Assembly (NCBI RefSeq): GCF_009914755.1
Contig: NC_060932.1
DNA from: the human T2T-CHM13v2.0 reference genome, Homo sapiens
Reading direction: 5' to 3' (one strand)
DNA length: 64,000 nucleotides
In this document: positions 33,721 through 47,454 of the stretch, piece by piece
Layout: every line of letters begins with the position of its first letter
Position numbering within the stretch: position 1 is the stretch's first letter
Notes under the pieces: generated by a model
Database searches by the model: none
Told to the model about the DNA's origin: nothing
What the model saw: the letters and a program-made list of their open reading frames with translations, nothing else
Position numbers and translations under genes: made by a program

Positions 33721-34270
33721 TGCCATAACTGTTTAAGCCTTTTATGTCAATCTTTGCACCACTTACTTAATTTGCCTCATCATATCACTTGACATTTGAA
33801 CTACTGGAATTTTTTCTATCTATTCTCCCTATCCTCAGGCTCTGCTATTTGCAATTCATCTTCTCTAATTTAGCCACAGTAATTTTTACACAGCTTGGCT
33901 TTCTTCAAAACCAGTGAAGGCTCCCCTTTGGCCACAGGATGCAATTCAAACTCCTACTCTGACATACAAGATCCTCTACAATCTGACCACCATTTATCGA
34001 TACAAACTTACTTTATTAGTTCAGATAAGCTGAACTAAACAGGACTCATCAATGTTATTTGTCTATTGCAGTCTCTTTGCCTTATATTTATTTGGCCCAA
34101 GAGAAACCCTCTTCTTTATGCCTATTCAAATTCTCCCCATTTTCAGTAAGTTTAAGTCCTACTTTCTCTACAGATCCTATAACACTGTAGTTTATGACAC
34201 TTCTATATGTTTTTGCTCTTATTACCCAAATTACTGTTTTATCTACCAATTTCCTTCTTTCTATTCTTCA

Positions 34271-34438
34271 TATTGGGGGGAGGGGAGAAGGTCTTGCTCT
34301 GTTGCCCAGGCTGGAGTGCTGTGGTGCCATCATGGCTCACTGTAACCTAAGACTTCTGGGCTTAAGCCATCCTCCCACCTCAGCTGCTTGAGAAGCTGGG
34401 ACTAGAGGCACATGCTGTTATGTCTGGCTGATTTTAAA

Positions 34439-34474
<36 letters not shown>

Positions 34475-34625
34475 TATTTTATTTATTTATTTATTTTTTT
34501 TTTTTGTAGAGATGGGGTTTTGCTATGTTGCCCAGGCTGGTCTCAAACTCCTGGCCTCAAGTGAAACTCCTGCCTCAGTCCCTGCAAAGTACTGGGATTA
34601 AAGGCAGGAGCCACTGTGCCTGGCC
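34271..34625 (-). mobile_element. AluJ with (TA)n in the linker
   Basis: J-type arms; (TA)n at 34442-34469; degenerate TSD tctttctattcttca / tctttttattcttaa. Confidence 0.85.
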
Positions 34626-35114
34626 TCTTTTTATTCTTAAAATTTAATTTTTCCTAGGCAAGTCTTATTTTCCTCACCAGATGATATTTCTCTTGATGTT
34701 AGGAGCTTGTCTTACACATCATCAGCCACAGATTATTGTCTGTCATGTGTCTTGTAGGAGCTTAATAAATATTTCATAGTCATTATCTATCCTGTCCATG
34801 TTCTCTTACTAAAAATGCAAATACAAGTTTCCTATTCCTGACAACCTGCCAGCTCCACACAGCTTCGAGGTGATGGGGTGTAGAACCTCTTCCCTTAAGT
34901 TCTCACCTCCCTTGCCATCTCCCCATCAGAAACAATCCCCAGGAGCCTCACATGTGGAATGGTTTCACCACAGGCTGAGGAATGACAATGAAACAGAGCA
35001 TGCGTACCCGGCCTCTCTCCAGCTCAAGATTGGCCGGATGCCTGGAAATCTGGGCTTCCGTACAGGCCCCGATGAGCTTTAACTCTAGAGAAGCGGGGCT
35101 TGCTCACCCTCTTC

Positions 35115-35579
35115 TGACAAAGATTCTCTGCTTGGCCAAAGTTTAGTCAGGCCCCTGAACCTTCTCCTAGGCCCATCTGTCCATTTCCTTGTAAAATCCA
35201 GCGTTAGCAAAGAACCTGCCATCCTTAGTATCTGATCACCTTCCACATCCGATCAGTCTTCTTATTCTCTATCATCCCCTAGGTGAGGTCTGACCACCCG
35301 GGCCTGTCTTCAGCAAGAATCCCATTAGGTCCATTTAGCCAGAATCCTCCCTTCCCTCTGATGTTTCCTCTTAGTAATTTTCCACCCACTTACCCTGCCC
35401 TGCTCCTTGGCTATACATTCCCAACTTGCCCATGCTGTGTTCAGAGTTGAGCCCAATCTCTCTCCCCATTGCAAGGCTTCATTGCAGTAGTCCCTATACC
35501 TATACTCTATATCAATGGCCCTAAATAGTCTTTCTTACCATCCTACAACAAGTATCATCGAATAATTTTTTCTTTAACA
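35115..35579 (+). mobile_element. MER31-like ERV1 solo LTR
   Basis: TG...CA termini: 'tgacaaagattctctgcttggccaaagtttagtcagg' to 'aataattttttctttaaca'. Confidence 0.75.
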
Positions 35580-35773
35580 TTCTTAGGAGCTGTTGACACC
35601 CAAGAAGCTGGGTGCTTTTTGGCTGGGTATCCAGATATATCAAACAGCTTCTAAAACTCTAAGAGAATTATTTTCTCTATCTTCTGAGATTCTCAGCCAT
35701 CCTCCTGATGTCGCTAGCCCAGTGGATCTTAACTTTTTGTATGTGTGTCACACATTTAAAGGCTAGAATTGCT

Positions 35774-36169
<396 letters not shown>

Positions 36170-36249
36170 CTATGTGTCTTCATTTGTGGCATATACCACA
36201 TCATCTCCCTGAATTATTACGTTATTACGAGGTCACCAAAGGTCTTGGT

Positions 36250-36557
36250 CTTTAACTTGACCACTGTTTCTGCCTGGAATGTTCTTCCAGTTATAGACAT
36301 GGTTTGCTCTCTTATTTCATTCATATCTCTAATCTGTCACTATTTGACTGGAGAGGGCTTCCCCAACCACACTCTCTAAGACAGCAATCCATCCTACCTT
36401 TCAATTTCTATCTCCTTACCCTGTTAGGTTTCTTCACAGCACTCACTGCCGCTTGATAATTTGCTTCTTTTCTGCCATCATAGATAGGGCCTATGTGCCT
36501 AGAATAATGCATAGCATATAGTAGGTCTCAAAAAATACTGATTAAATAAATGAATGA
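36250..36557 (+). mobile_element. LINE-2 3' end
   Basis: 'ctgcctggaatgttcttcc...gtgcctagaata..gcatatagtaggtctcaa...aaatgaatga'. Confidence 0.75.
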
Positions 36558-37614
36558 CCAGAACCCCATTTTCCTTGGTCATTTATGTTTAGGCAAAATT
36601 CTCTCATGTTCTGAGTAACACACAATCTCTTTGGTGCCAGCAGAGGATTACATAACCCCCTCCTAATTGCTGACCTCTGTCATCAAGCAGTGCCTTGGCC
36701 CAGCTCAACTATCTGTTTGAGAGACATCACCATGACAGAAAACCAAGCCATTAGGGTCTTAATTTTTTCATCATATATTCCCCTTGGTGGGCTGCTGTTG
36801 CCCATCTGTCAGTAAATTACTCAACTTTCATATAAAACCTGGTTCCGCATAAACATTGACAAAAACCTCTTTTATTACATGTACATATATACGCATAGCC
36901 AAAAAGGAAGTAAGAATTGCCCACATATAACTGGGGAGGAGGCCAGTGGTGATAGCAGAAATTATAACTTCTGGGCCTAGGGCTTCTGCCCCAGATGACC
37001 GCAAACCCATTGTATACTGCAAAAGAAAACTACTTGCCTTAGTATGTGGGTTCCTCAAGTAAAACAAAACAGAACATTATTCAATTTTTGTGTTTACATG
37101 TTTAATGGTCGTGCTCCAAGCTGGGATTTTGCTATTTCAAACTGTATGAAAGAACAGTTAACAAGCTGAGGTTGTTCTTAGGGTACATGTCAGCTAAGGA
37201 ACAGATTTATGAACACAAGTTAAATACAAGAGGGGAGAGGTTGGGAGTGGCTTCTGAAAGAGATAAAAGAAATCATAAAATTTTAGAGGTTAGGGGATGG
37301 GAAAAATACATAGAACTGACTTTTATATGTTCAGCGTGGGAGAGTTCAGAAACAGAATTCTCAAGAATGAAATTCAATTAAACTAAATTCTGCCAGGTAA
37401 TGGATACCCACATGCAGTATTTACTCAAGGTCTTCAGAGGCCAAGAGAATCTCCCGGCCTTCTCAAAGCCACCTGCACCTGTCAGGGTTCAAGTTCCTTT
37501 CTGATGGCTTCTTAGAAGCAACATCTTAACTCCAGTGATGTTAGCATTTCCAGGAAATAAAATAGCAAATTAATTGGGATAAATAATAGGAATCTCACAG
37601 CATTTTTCTCTCAC

Positions 37615-37728
37615 AGAAGAAAACCCAGATACTTACTCAGGACTTTCCAGTTTTAGCACTGAAAGTCCCATGAGCAGGGAAGGGCCTCAGTCCTGAGCCT
37701 TGAGCCAACCAGGATGGTTGGTCTCCCT
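37615..37728. mobile_element. MER81-like hAT-Blackjack element
   Basis: 'ggactttccagttttagcactgaaagtccc...ggatggttggtctccct'. Confidence 0.65.
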
Positions 37729-37879
37729 TGAGATACCTTGTTGCAGGATGATAAGACTTAAGTTATAAGATATGACCCAGGACTGTTTTCTGAATTGTGT
37801 GGAGTCATTATCTGATGTACCAAGAGCAAAGCAGTGGACTTGTGGTGAGAGGATCTGGGCAGGATTGGGGAAGGGCTAT

Positions 37880-38320
37880 TAAAAAGCAAGAGCTTTGGGG
37901 TCAGGCAGACATGGACTCATATGCAATTTTTGCTGTTTATCAGTCCTGGGACCTTTTGCAAATCATTTAACTGTTCTGAGCCTCTGCTAATGGGGTTGTT
38001 GGTTGTATGAATTAAATATAGAAACATGGAATATACTTAGTGCTGTGCCTCATATTTAGGAAGCATGTATCTAATGAGCTGCAATAGATGCTCATTATCA
38101 TCACGGTGGGTTTCGGGGTCAGCGATTCAGTTTCTGGCTCTTTCATTACTTATTGTTGTGACGCTAGGCAAGTCAGTTCACTTCTCTAAGCCTCAGTTTC
38201 CTTGTCTATAAAGTGAAGATAAGGATAGCAGCCGTCTCTATAGGATAAGGATTATAGTCAATGAGACGATGCAGTTTTAAGGAACAATGTAAACTAAAGC
38301 ACGATTCAAATGCAAGGTTT
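37880..38320 (+). mobile_element. Two adjacent MIR SINEs
   Basis: 'gctttggggtcaggcagac', 'ggcaagtcagttcacttctctaagcctcagtttcc'. Confidence 0.7.
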
Positions 38321-38414
38321 TGTAAGATTTAATACTACAGTCAGCCCTAAGTAAGGAACTGGAACTCCTAGTATGAAATAGATAATGGCAGTTACATTTA
38401 TTAAAAATGATCAC

Positions 38415-38635
38415 TTGAGCCTGGGTAACATGGAAAAACCCCGTCCCTACAAAAAATATAAAAGCCCAGCATGGTGATACATGCCTATAGTCCCAGCTAC
38501 TTGAGAGCCTGAGGTGGGAGGATCACCAGAATATGAGGCTGCAGTGAGCTGAGATCACATCACTGAACTTCACTGAACTCCAGCCTGGGCATCAGTGTGA
38601 GAACCTGTCTCAAAAACCAAAAACCAAAAAACAAA
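38415..38635 (+). mobile_element. Truncated AluJ
   Basis: End of left arm plus right arm; 10-bp duplication tcactgaact; A-rich tail. Confidence 0.8.
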
Positions 38636-39404
38636 AAATCATCATTTAGGATACTGTGTGTGGTTTTGGTTGTTTCACTTCAAGAAAGACAAAACAGATT
38701 TAAATAGAGTCTAGAGAAGTTTAACCCAAATGACCAAGGGGACAGATGAGATGCAGGATGACCAGATGATTCAAGTTTAGGAAATAATGAATATTTGAGA
38801 AGGTCAAGGAAAGGGAACACCCCTTGATTCTTGAACAGGACAAGTTTTAGGGTAAATACAAAGGGAACGCTCCTTATTACTTCAGTAATCAACTCACAGG
38901 ACTCATTTACCCAAAATCGAAAGCTTAGAAACATAAACAACCTCACAAAATCCTAGCTGCCTTACTGTGGACTTTCTATGCATATGTTTATCAAGGGAAT
39001 CGTATTGCAGGCTATATCATTAATGCTGAGGTTTGTGTCAAAAACAACACTTTTGTGACATCAACTTCAGAGAATGCCCCAATCTTAAAGTTCTTTTCTG
39101 CCCCATTTTTCATGACATTGTACACTTCTCTCCTAGTTTCGGTTTGTGTTTTGTTTGAATGAATAATTTGAATAAAAGAACAAATGATTTTAACATTTCT
39201 TTATTTCTTTTTCTGTCCACCCATTCCCTTATCCCTAGAAGCAGCTCTTATGATCCTGGGAGTATGCTGCACATTGACAAAAACAAATTACTCATTCTAT
39301 TTTTATAAAATTTAGAGAGATAAGATCTAGTATTTAAAAGGCTCCCATAGACTAGTATAGTTTTCTCAGATTCGAATATACCATCCCATTTGTTGTTGTA
39401 ATCC

Positions 39405-39540
39405 TATTATTGTTATTATTATTATTATTATTTTTTAGATGGAGTCTCACTCTGTCACCCAGGCTGGAATGCAGTGGAGCAACCTCGGCTCACTCTAACC
39501 TCCACCTCCTGGGTTCGAGCAATTCTCCTGCCTCAGCCTC
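39405..39540 (-). mobile_element. Alu right-arm fragment with (ATT)n tail
   Basis: 'gatggagtctcactctgtcacccaggctgg...ttctcctgcctcagcctc'. Confidence 0.85.
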
Positions 39541-39707
39541 AGCTCCTCTGTGTAGCATTTCGTAATTCAGTCTACTAAAACCCACAAATGACTCAATGTA
39601 CTCCCGTAACTTTTTGTTTTGGAAGTTACCGTTACGCCTGGTTCTCTAGTTATAGACATGTACATATTAGCATACACACCCACGTAGAACTTCAGATATA
39701 AACTTCT

Positions 39708-40573
39708 TCTTCAAAAAAATTCCACTTTTATTTTAGATTCAGTGGGTACACATGCAGGTGTGTTACATGGGTATATTGTGTGATACTGAGGTTTGGGGTA
39801 CAGATGATTCTATCACCCAGGTAATGAGCACAGTGCCCAACAGGTAGCTTTTCAGCCCACCTCTACCTCCACACTCCAGTGGTTCCCAGTGTCTATTGTT
39901 CCCATCTTTATGGCCATGAGTACCCATTGTTTAGCTCCCACTTGTAAGTGAGAATATGTGATATTTGGTTTTCTGTTCTTGCATTAATTTGTTTAGGATA
40001 ATCACCTCCAGCTGCATCCATGTTGCTGGAGAGGATATGATTTCATTCTTTTATATAGCTGCATAGTATTCCATGGTATATATGTACCACATTTTCTTTA
40101 TCCAATCCACTGTTACTGGGCACCAAGCTTGAGTACATGTCTTTGCTATTGATAATAGTGCTGCGATGAACATACAAGTGCATGTGTCTTTTTGGTAGAA
40201 TGATTTCTTTTCCTTTGGGTATATACCCAGTAATGGGATTACTGGGTTGAATGGTAGTTCTGTTTTAAGTTCTTCAAGAAATCTCCAAACTGCTTTCCAC
40301 ATTGGCTGAACTAATTTATATTCCCACCAACAGTGAATAAGCATTCCCTTTTCTCTACAGCCTTGCCAACATCTGTTGGTTTTTCACTTTTTCATAATGG
40401 CCATTCTGACTGATGTGAGATGGTATCCTCATTGTGGTTTTGATTTGCATTTCTCTGATAATGAATGATAATGAATTTTTTTATATGTTTGTTGGCTGCT
40501 TTTATGTCTTCTTTAGAGAAATGTCTGTGTATGTCTTTTGCCTACTTTTTAATAGGGTTATTTGTTTTTCTGA
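39708..40573 (-). mobile_element. L1PA15/16-like 3' end
   Basis: ORF2 C-terminus (ORF 40051-40344 HCWWEYKLVQP) plus 3'UTR; TSD AGATATAA(A/G)CTTCT at 39694-39707 and 40574-40587. Confidence 0.88.
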
Positions 40574-41087
40574 AGATATAAGCTTCTCATGTAGAGGAAC
40601 TGTGTGTTACTCAGTTCTGTATCTTATAGGTGGTTCAATTAATGTTAATCAAATTCTATAACATTTGATCTGGCAGCTAAGTGGACTGGTCTGCATAGAA
40701 TTCTCATTTTTTAGAATCAATTTTTGATATATCAGAGGTTAATATTTTTAAGATGTCGATGGCAACAGAAATAAATAATTTAGAGTTAATGAATATTAAT
40801 TACTATTACAAATTAGAAGTTTAAAGATCTGTATGACTATTTCTCAGCACATCAAGTAAATTTGTTGAGAAATTTGGTTCTAGCAATCTACTTGAGATGT
40901 GTGATATTTTCAGTCACACATTCAAATCAGCACATCAGTGCTTGTTCTAAGGTATGTTATTTAAACCATAAATGCTGTGTGAAGCAATATTAGTGTTCAG
41001 AGTCAGAACTCCTGAAATTTGGACCCCTATTAAACTCTGAAAAGCAATATAAACAGCTACATCAACCAGAGAAGCTGATGTAAGACA

Positions 41088-41143
41088 CATTAGAAGAGGA
41101 AATATTAGAAAAGAATATTAGAAGAGGAAGCATTAGAAGGAAA
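41088..41143. repeat. Short degenerate tandem repeat (ATTAGAAGAGGAA-like, ~4 copies)
   Basis: Directly visible. Confidence 0.7.
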
Positions 41144-41707
41144 GTCTTATCAGCTAAAAAAAATACAAGTCAGGAAGAGTGAATCAACAGATTTTAAATT
41201 TTCAACTTCAATACATATTTAATTTTTGGCTAGATTGCAGGAAATATGTCATACTTCATATTCAAGTGTGGGATATATTTCAAGCAACAATGAAATGCCA
41301 ATGAATACAAACTTAAGATAACAAATATAACTTTTCTACCAAGTTAGCATGGTACAAATTCATCTACACTAAGTTTAATGTACAAATCAGTTTTTGTATA
41401 AACACAATAATAAACAATGAGTGACTAACACCTAAATAAAAGGCATTCCCTGACGGAAAACTTTCTGTACATTAACTTGAAAATTACATTCTGGTAACTA
41501 CAAGCATTTGTTACTTTTCTTTTTCCCATTCACTTAGTAATACAAAAGGAAACATTTAAAAAACAAAGAAAACGAGGAAATTCACACAAGAACCAAATAT
41601 TTGTCTCTTAGCCTTCTAGAAATAACTCATATTGACTTCATACATCTGTTCAAGTAGAGTACATGCTATGGATTTATGTAAGCGCACAGCTCTACACCTG
41701 TGATCGA

Positions 41708-42090
41708 GGTTGGTGGTGACTATCAATATCTTTGTGTTCTTCTCCTTCCTTGGTACACTGTGGACTGTATTTTTTGGCTCCCTTAATTTAGGTGGCCATC
41801 AGTGACCAGTCTTGTCACTGGCACGTGGCTGGAAAGTGATTTATGTATCTTTCAGGCCTGTCCCCCAAAACTGCCCTTGAAATCATTTTTGCCTTTCTCT
41901 TTCCTCATTTGCTGAAGGATGCAGAGGATACACTACAAGACTGAGGCCTGAGAAGGTGGTGGGAAGACAAAATAGCCTGGATCCCTGAGTGTTTGTGGGA
42001 GCAGAGCACGCCCAGCCCCCATCACACTGTCAGGAGCAAAAAACATGCTTTTAATGCTCCTCATATATTTCTGTGACTATGTTGATTTGT
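41708..42090 (+). mobile_element. MLT1J-like MaLR LTR
   Basis: 'ggaaagtgat..atg...tttcaggcctg', 'agcctggatccctgagtg...ggagcagagc'. Confidence 0.6.
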
Positions 42091-42492
42091 GATATTTAAA
42101 TTCAAGATGTAAATATCTCTGTAAAATACCTTACCAAGTTTCTTCACAGACATGTTAAAAATATATCTTATGTTTTATCTACACAGCACTTTGAAATGCT
42201 GAGTAGATTTCAGGGAATTGGCTTTTAGTAAAAATAATGAAGTAGTATATTAGTACAGGCTCATTTTAGAAGGGGGATAGTGCTTGGAAGTGTTATTTGT
42301 TTGAGACCAAAACATGAATCAATAAATTAAGACTAAACTCCAAACATTTAATTCCAACCCAGATCCTTTTCTGGTTGATAGAGAATAACTTCCTTATGAG
42401 CCATGCTGGAGTTGTTTAATTAATATGTTATCTTTTTGTCCTGGCAGTTGCCCATGCAGAGATGAAAAACAATTTTAAAGAACAAGAGATTG

Positions 42493-42786
42493 GGCTGGGT
42501 ATGGTGGTTCAAGCCTGTAATCCCAGCACTTTGGGAGGCCGAGGCCAGCGGATCACCTGAGGTTGGGAGTTTGAGACCAGCCTGACCAACGTGGAGAAAC
42601 CTCATCTCTACTAAAAATACAAAATTAGCCGGGCATGGTGGCGCATGCCTCTAATCCCAGCTACTCGGGTGGCTGAGGCAGGAGAATCGCTTGAATCCAG
42701 GAAGCAGAGGTTGCGGTGAGCCGAGATTGTACTACAGCCTGGGCAACAAGAGTGAAATCCTGTCTCAAAAAAAAAAAAAAAAAAAA
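42493..42786 (+). mobile_element. AluSp
   Basis: Sp-type 'cctgaccaacgtggagaaacc'; TSD AAAGAACAAGAGATTG. Confidence 0.9.
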
Positions 42787-43909
42787 AAAGAACAAGAGAT
42801 TGGTAAAACTTGAGTATGAGGAAGGCATATCTCACTTGCTAAAGTGTGAACTATGTGCTGGCAGCTGCTTGAACATATAATTTTTTTCCATGAGTCTAAC
42901 ATAATACATTTCACCACTCTGCTATTTTATTGAAGATTCTCTGTAAAATGTTTTAATGATCAATAGTAAGCTTTTTTCCCAATTAAGATTTTTAACAGTG
43001 AAGTTTATCTTTCTTGCTATAATCTATTATGTGTAAATCATGTCTTCCTAAGCTATATTATTTCAAAAGTGTGCAGGATAAACTATTTTTCATTACAACT
43101 AGAATCACACAGAAGTGCTGCCCTTTAACTGCTGGGTTTATGAAGTGGCAACAGCAAAAATGGCCCCATTAGTGGGAAGTTAGTATTATTTCTTCACCAT
43201 TAAATCATAGGTCTCTGTGAAAGTGTTGACCTCTTCGCTTCAAATTGGGGCACAGATAATGAGTGCAAATTAATACCCAAGGTAGCTCATGTGTAAACAT
43301 TTTAAGCTGATGATATACAGAGTTATACATGTAGACATATATTCACTACGAGTCATACCCATTAGCATAGACCCATAGACCTAAGGCACAAAGGACACTG
43401 GCAGGGGACTTATTCATGCAAGCAGGAAGAGAAACCTGAACAAAAATTCCAACGATGACTCAGAACACTGCCATCTGTAGCTATTGTACATCACTAGTTA
43501 TTAAGGCTGATGACTGCACAGTATCAAAGCACTGGCAAATGTGAAAAGACTCATTCCAAATAAAATAGCTACGAAATGAAATTCCTTCTGTTTTCCATTC
43601 AGCATTAGTAGACTGTGTGACCTAGGACCATTGTTTCTTTATTCTATAGCACTATCTTGGGAAACAAATGCTAGCCTTCTCAGAGCTATTACTAGGGTTC
43701 TCCTCATGTAAATGTCTTTGGAAAGGCAAACGAGCTTAATTGGGCTGTTTTCAATCCCCTAAGTGTATAAACTACCAGGAAGAACAGGGCACTCACAGGA
43801 TGTGGAACATACTCGGGTTGACCACGTTGGAGTCAGAATTTACTTAGTGAAATGTGGGAGAAGAGGCTGGTACATTGCAAGCATCAAAAATTATTTGTGG
43901 AATGGATGG

Positions 43910-44253
43910 TGCCATAAACTGAATGTTTTTGTCCCTGTAAATTTCATATGCTAAAATCCTAACTCCCATGTGATGGTATTAGGAAATGGGGCTTTTGGGG
44001 AAGTGATTAGGTTGTAAAGGCAGAGGCCCCACGAATGGGATTAGTGCCCTAATGAAAGAGGCCCTGGAGAGCTCCCTCACTTCTGCCATGTGAGGACAGA
44101 GTAAAAGACTGCCACCTATGAACAAGGAGGTGGGTCCTCACCAGACCCCAAATCTGCTGGCCCTTTCTTCTCATACTTTCCAGCCTCCAGAACTGTGAGA
44201 GTTAGAGTTCTGTTGTTTAAAGATAGTTTGTTATAGCAGCCTGAACGGACTCA
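43910..44253 (+). mobile_element. MLT1A/MLT1A0 MaLR LTR
   Basis: 'tgccataaactgaatg...gaatgggattagtgccct...ccagcctccagaactgtgaga...gttatagcagcctgaacggact'; probable 5-bp TSD GATGG (43905-43909, 44254-44258). Confidence 0.85.
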
Positions 44254-44258
44254 GATGG

Positions 44259-46580
44259 AACCAAGAAGTAGCAACTACTCTAGACTTACGGGTAAGACAT
44301 TTGTGTGTCAGAGGGTGGGAAATAAACTCAACTAAAATTCAGGGGCCTTCTGCCTCAGTGAAATTTCTAGGGATCCAGTGGTGTGGAGCAGGTCAAGGTA
44401 TCTCTTCTAAAGTGAAGGATAAGTTATTGCATTTGGCCCCTCCTACAACAAAGAAAGAGGCAAAATGCCTAATAGACCTCTGGATTTTGGTAGCAACATA
44501 TTCTTCATTTGGGTGTATTACTCTGACCCATTTACTGAGTGATCTAAAAAGCTGCTAGTTTTGAGTGGGGCCCAGAACAAGAGAAGGCTCTGTAACAGGC
44601 CAGGCAGCTGTGCAAACTGCTCTGCCACTTGGACTGTGTGATGCAGCAGATCCAATGGTGCTTGAAGTGTCAGTGGCAGATAGGGATGCTGTTTGGAGCC
44701 TTTGGCAGGCCTGTATAGGTAAATCACAGCATAGGCTTTTAGGATTTTAGAGAAAGGCCTTGCCATTTTCTGCAGATAACTACTTTCCTTCTGAGAGACA
44801 GCTCTTGGCCTGCTGCTGGGGCTTAGCAGACACTGAACGTTGCCCATGTGCCACCAAGTTACCATGTGGCCTGAGCTTCCCATCATGAACTAAGTGTTAT
44901 CTGACCCACCAAGCCGTAAAGTTTAGTGTGCGCAGCCAACCCTCCATCATCAAATGGAAGTGGTATATACAACATTGGGCCTGAGCAGGCCCTGAAGGCA
45001 CAATTAAGTTACATGAAGAAGTGGCTTAAATGCCCATGGTCTCCACTCCTGTTACACTGCCTTCTCTCTGCCAGCCCGCACCTATGGCCTCATGGGGAGT
45101 TCTCTAAAATCAGTTTACAGAGGAAGAGAAGACTAGGGCCTGGTTTCAGATGATTCTGTACAATACGCAGGCACTATCTGAAAGTGGACAGCTGCAGCGC
45201 TACAGCCCCTGTCTAGGGCATCCTTGAAAGACAGTAGTGAAGGAAAATCTTCCCACTGGGCAGAACTTTGAGCAGTGCATCTGGTTATTCGCTTTGCTTG
45301 GAGAGAAATGTCCAGATGTCCAGACGTGTGATTATATACTGATTGATGAGCTGTACCCAGTGGCTTGGCTGGATGGTTAGGAGCTTGGAAGGAACATGAT
45401 TGGAAAATTGGTGAACAAAAAATTTGGAGAAGAGATATGGGGATAGACCTCTCTGAATGGGCAAAAAAAATGTGAAGATATTGGTATCCCTTGTGAATGC
45501 TTACCAAACAGTGACCTCATCAGGGGAGGATTTTAATAATCAAGTGGATAGAATCCACTTGATTATTCATTAGATGCCATCATCCATTCATTAGATGCCA
45601 CTCAGTCTCTTTCCCTAGCCACTCCTATTATCATCCAATAAGCTCATGAACAAAATGGGCCGTAGTGGCAGGGATGCAGGCTAGGCCTGGGCTCAGTAAC
45701 ATGGACTTCCACTCACCAGGCCTGGCCTGACTATAGCCATCACTGAGTGCCCAATCTGCCAGCAGCAGAGACCAACACTGAGTCCCCAATATGGCATCAT
45801 TCCCTAGGATGACCAGCCAGCTCCCTGGTGGCAAGTTGATTATACTGGACCTCTTACATCATGGAAGGGATAGCATTTTGTTATTACCCAAACAGACATT
45901 TACTTTGGATATAAATTCGCCTTCTGTGAATACAATGCTTCTGCCAAAACTACCATCCTTGGACTTACAGAATGCTTTATCCACTGCCATGATATTCTAC
46001 ACAGCATTACTTCTGATCAAGGAATTCACAGCAAAATAAGTGTGGCAACTGGCTCACGCTCATGGAATTCATTGGTCTTACCATGTTCCCCACTATCTTG
46101 AAGCAGCTGGCTTGATAAATGGTGAAATGGCATTTTGAAGATTCAGTTACAGTGCCAGCTATGTGTTAATACCTAGCAAGTTTCTCCAGAAGGCTCTACA
46201 TGTTTTAAATCAGTGTCCAATATATGGTGCTGTTTCTCTCATAGCCAGAATTTACAGGTCCAGGAATCAAGGGGTACAGATGGGAGGGGCAGCATTCACT
46301 ATTACCCCTAGTGACCCACTAGCAAAATATTTGCTTCCTCTTCCCCTTGCTTTATGCTCTTCTGGCTTAGAGGTGATAGTTCCAGAGGGAGGAGGGCTCC
46401 CACCAGAAGATAACAATAATTCTGTTGAACTGGAAGTTAAGACTGCCACCTGGCCACTTTGGGCTCCTGGTGCCTCTGAATCAACAGGCCAAAACGGGAG
46501 TTACAGTCTAGGCTGAAGTGATGGATCCTGACCACCAAGGGGAAATTGGACTACTGTTCCACAATAGAGGCAAGAATAGA
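44259..46580 (+). pseudogene. ERV-L internal fragment: RT C-terminus, RNase H, integrase, dUTPase (all disrupted)
   Basis: [16 protein letters not shown]; DPMVLEVSVADRDAVWSLWQ; ECPICQQQRPTLSPQYG..WQVDYTGPL; NWKLRLPPGHFG..VMDPDHQGEIG (dUTPase downstream of integrase is an ERV-L hallmark). Confidence 0.9.
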
Positions 46581-46589
46581 CATTCTTTT

Positions 46590-47451
46590 GAAGTCACATG
46601 GGATATCACCAGGATAACCATATGCTGGGCTATAAAACAAACCACAAAAAAGATGTATGATTTGAATAAACACTCATAATGTAGATAATTTGAACAGGGA
46701 CTCCATAAAGAATATATAAATGCATGTACAATGGAGTTCAAAATCATTAAGCATTAGGGAAATGCAAATTACAGCCACACTGAGAAGCCATAGTACATGC
46801 ACTAGAATAGCAAATATTAAAAAGATTGACAATATCAAGTGTTGCAAGGTCATGGAGCATTGTGGGAATTCAAAATGGTATAGCTTCTTTGGACAGTTTG
46901 ATGGCATCTTATGTTTAACATACATTTACTATATGGTCCAGCAATTCTACTTCGAGGTATCTACCCAAGAGAAATGAAAGCCTATGTCCACAGAAGTGTG
47001 CATAATATTCAAGCAGCATTATTCATAATAGCCAAAAATGGAAACAACACAAATGTCCATCATATGTTAAGAGATGAACAAAATGTGGTATATCCATACA
47101 ATGGAATACCACTCAGCAATAAAGGGATTGAACAAGCTACAAATATATGAACTACAAACCATCAAACTAAGTGAAAGATAGTAGACAGAAAAGACTACAT
47201 GTTTCCATTTATACCATATCCTGGAAAAGGTAAACCTGTTGTTAGAAAGATTAAATGACTGCTGGGATCAAGAAGGATAGACCAGGGGATTGACTGGAAA
47301 AGGGCCCTGTGATACTTTATGGGGTCATGGAAATGTCCTAAAACTAGACTTTGGAAGCAGCTGCCCAACTAAATACATTCGTCTAGCTCATTGAACTGCA
47401 TACTTGAGTGATTTTATTATATGTAAATTATATTTCATTAAAGCTGTTAAA
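46590..47451 (+). mobile_element. Old L1 (L1MB8/L1ME-like) 3' end
   Basis: 'cattagggaaatgcaaatta', 'gcagcattattcataatagccaaaa', 'tatgtaaattata...aaagctgtt'. Confidence 0.8.
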
Positions 47452-47454
47452 GAC

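Noticed and set aside
34990-35110. Small CpG-enriched patch with a CCAAT box next to the MER31 LTR
   Set aside because: Too short and CpG-poor for an island; no other promoter evidence
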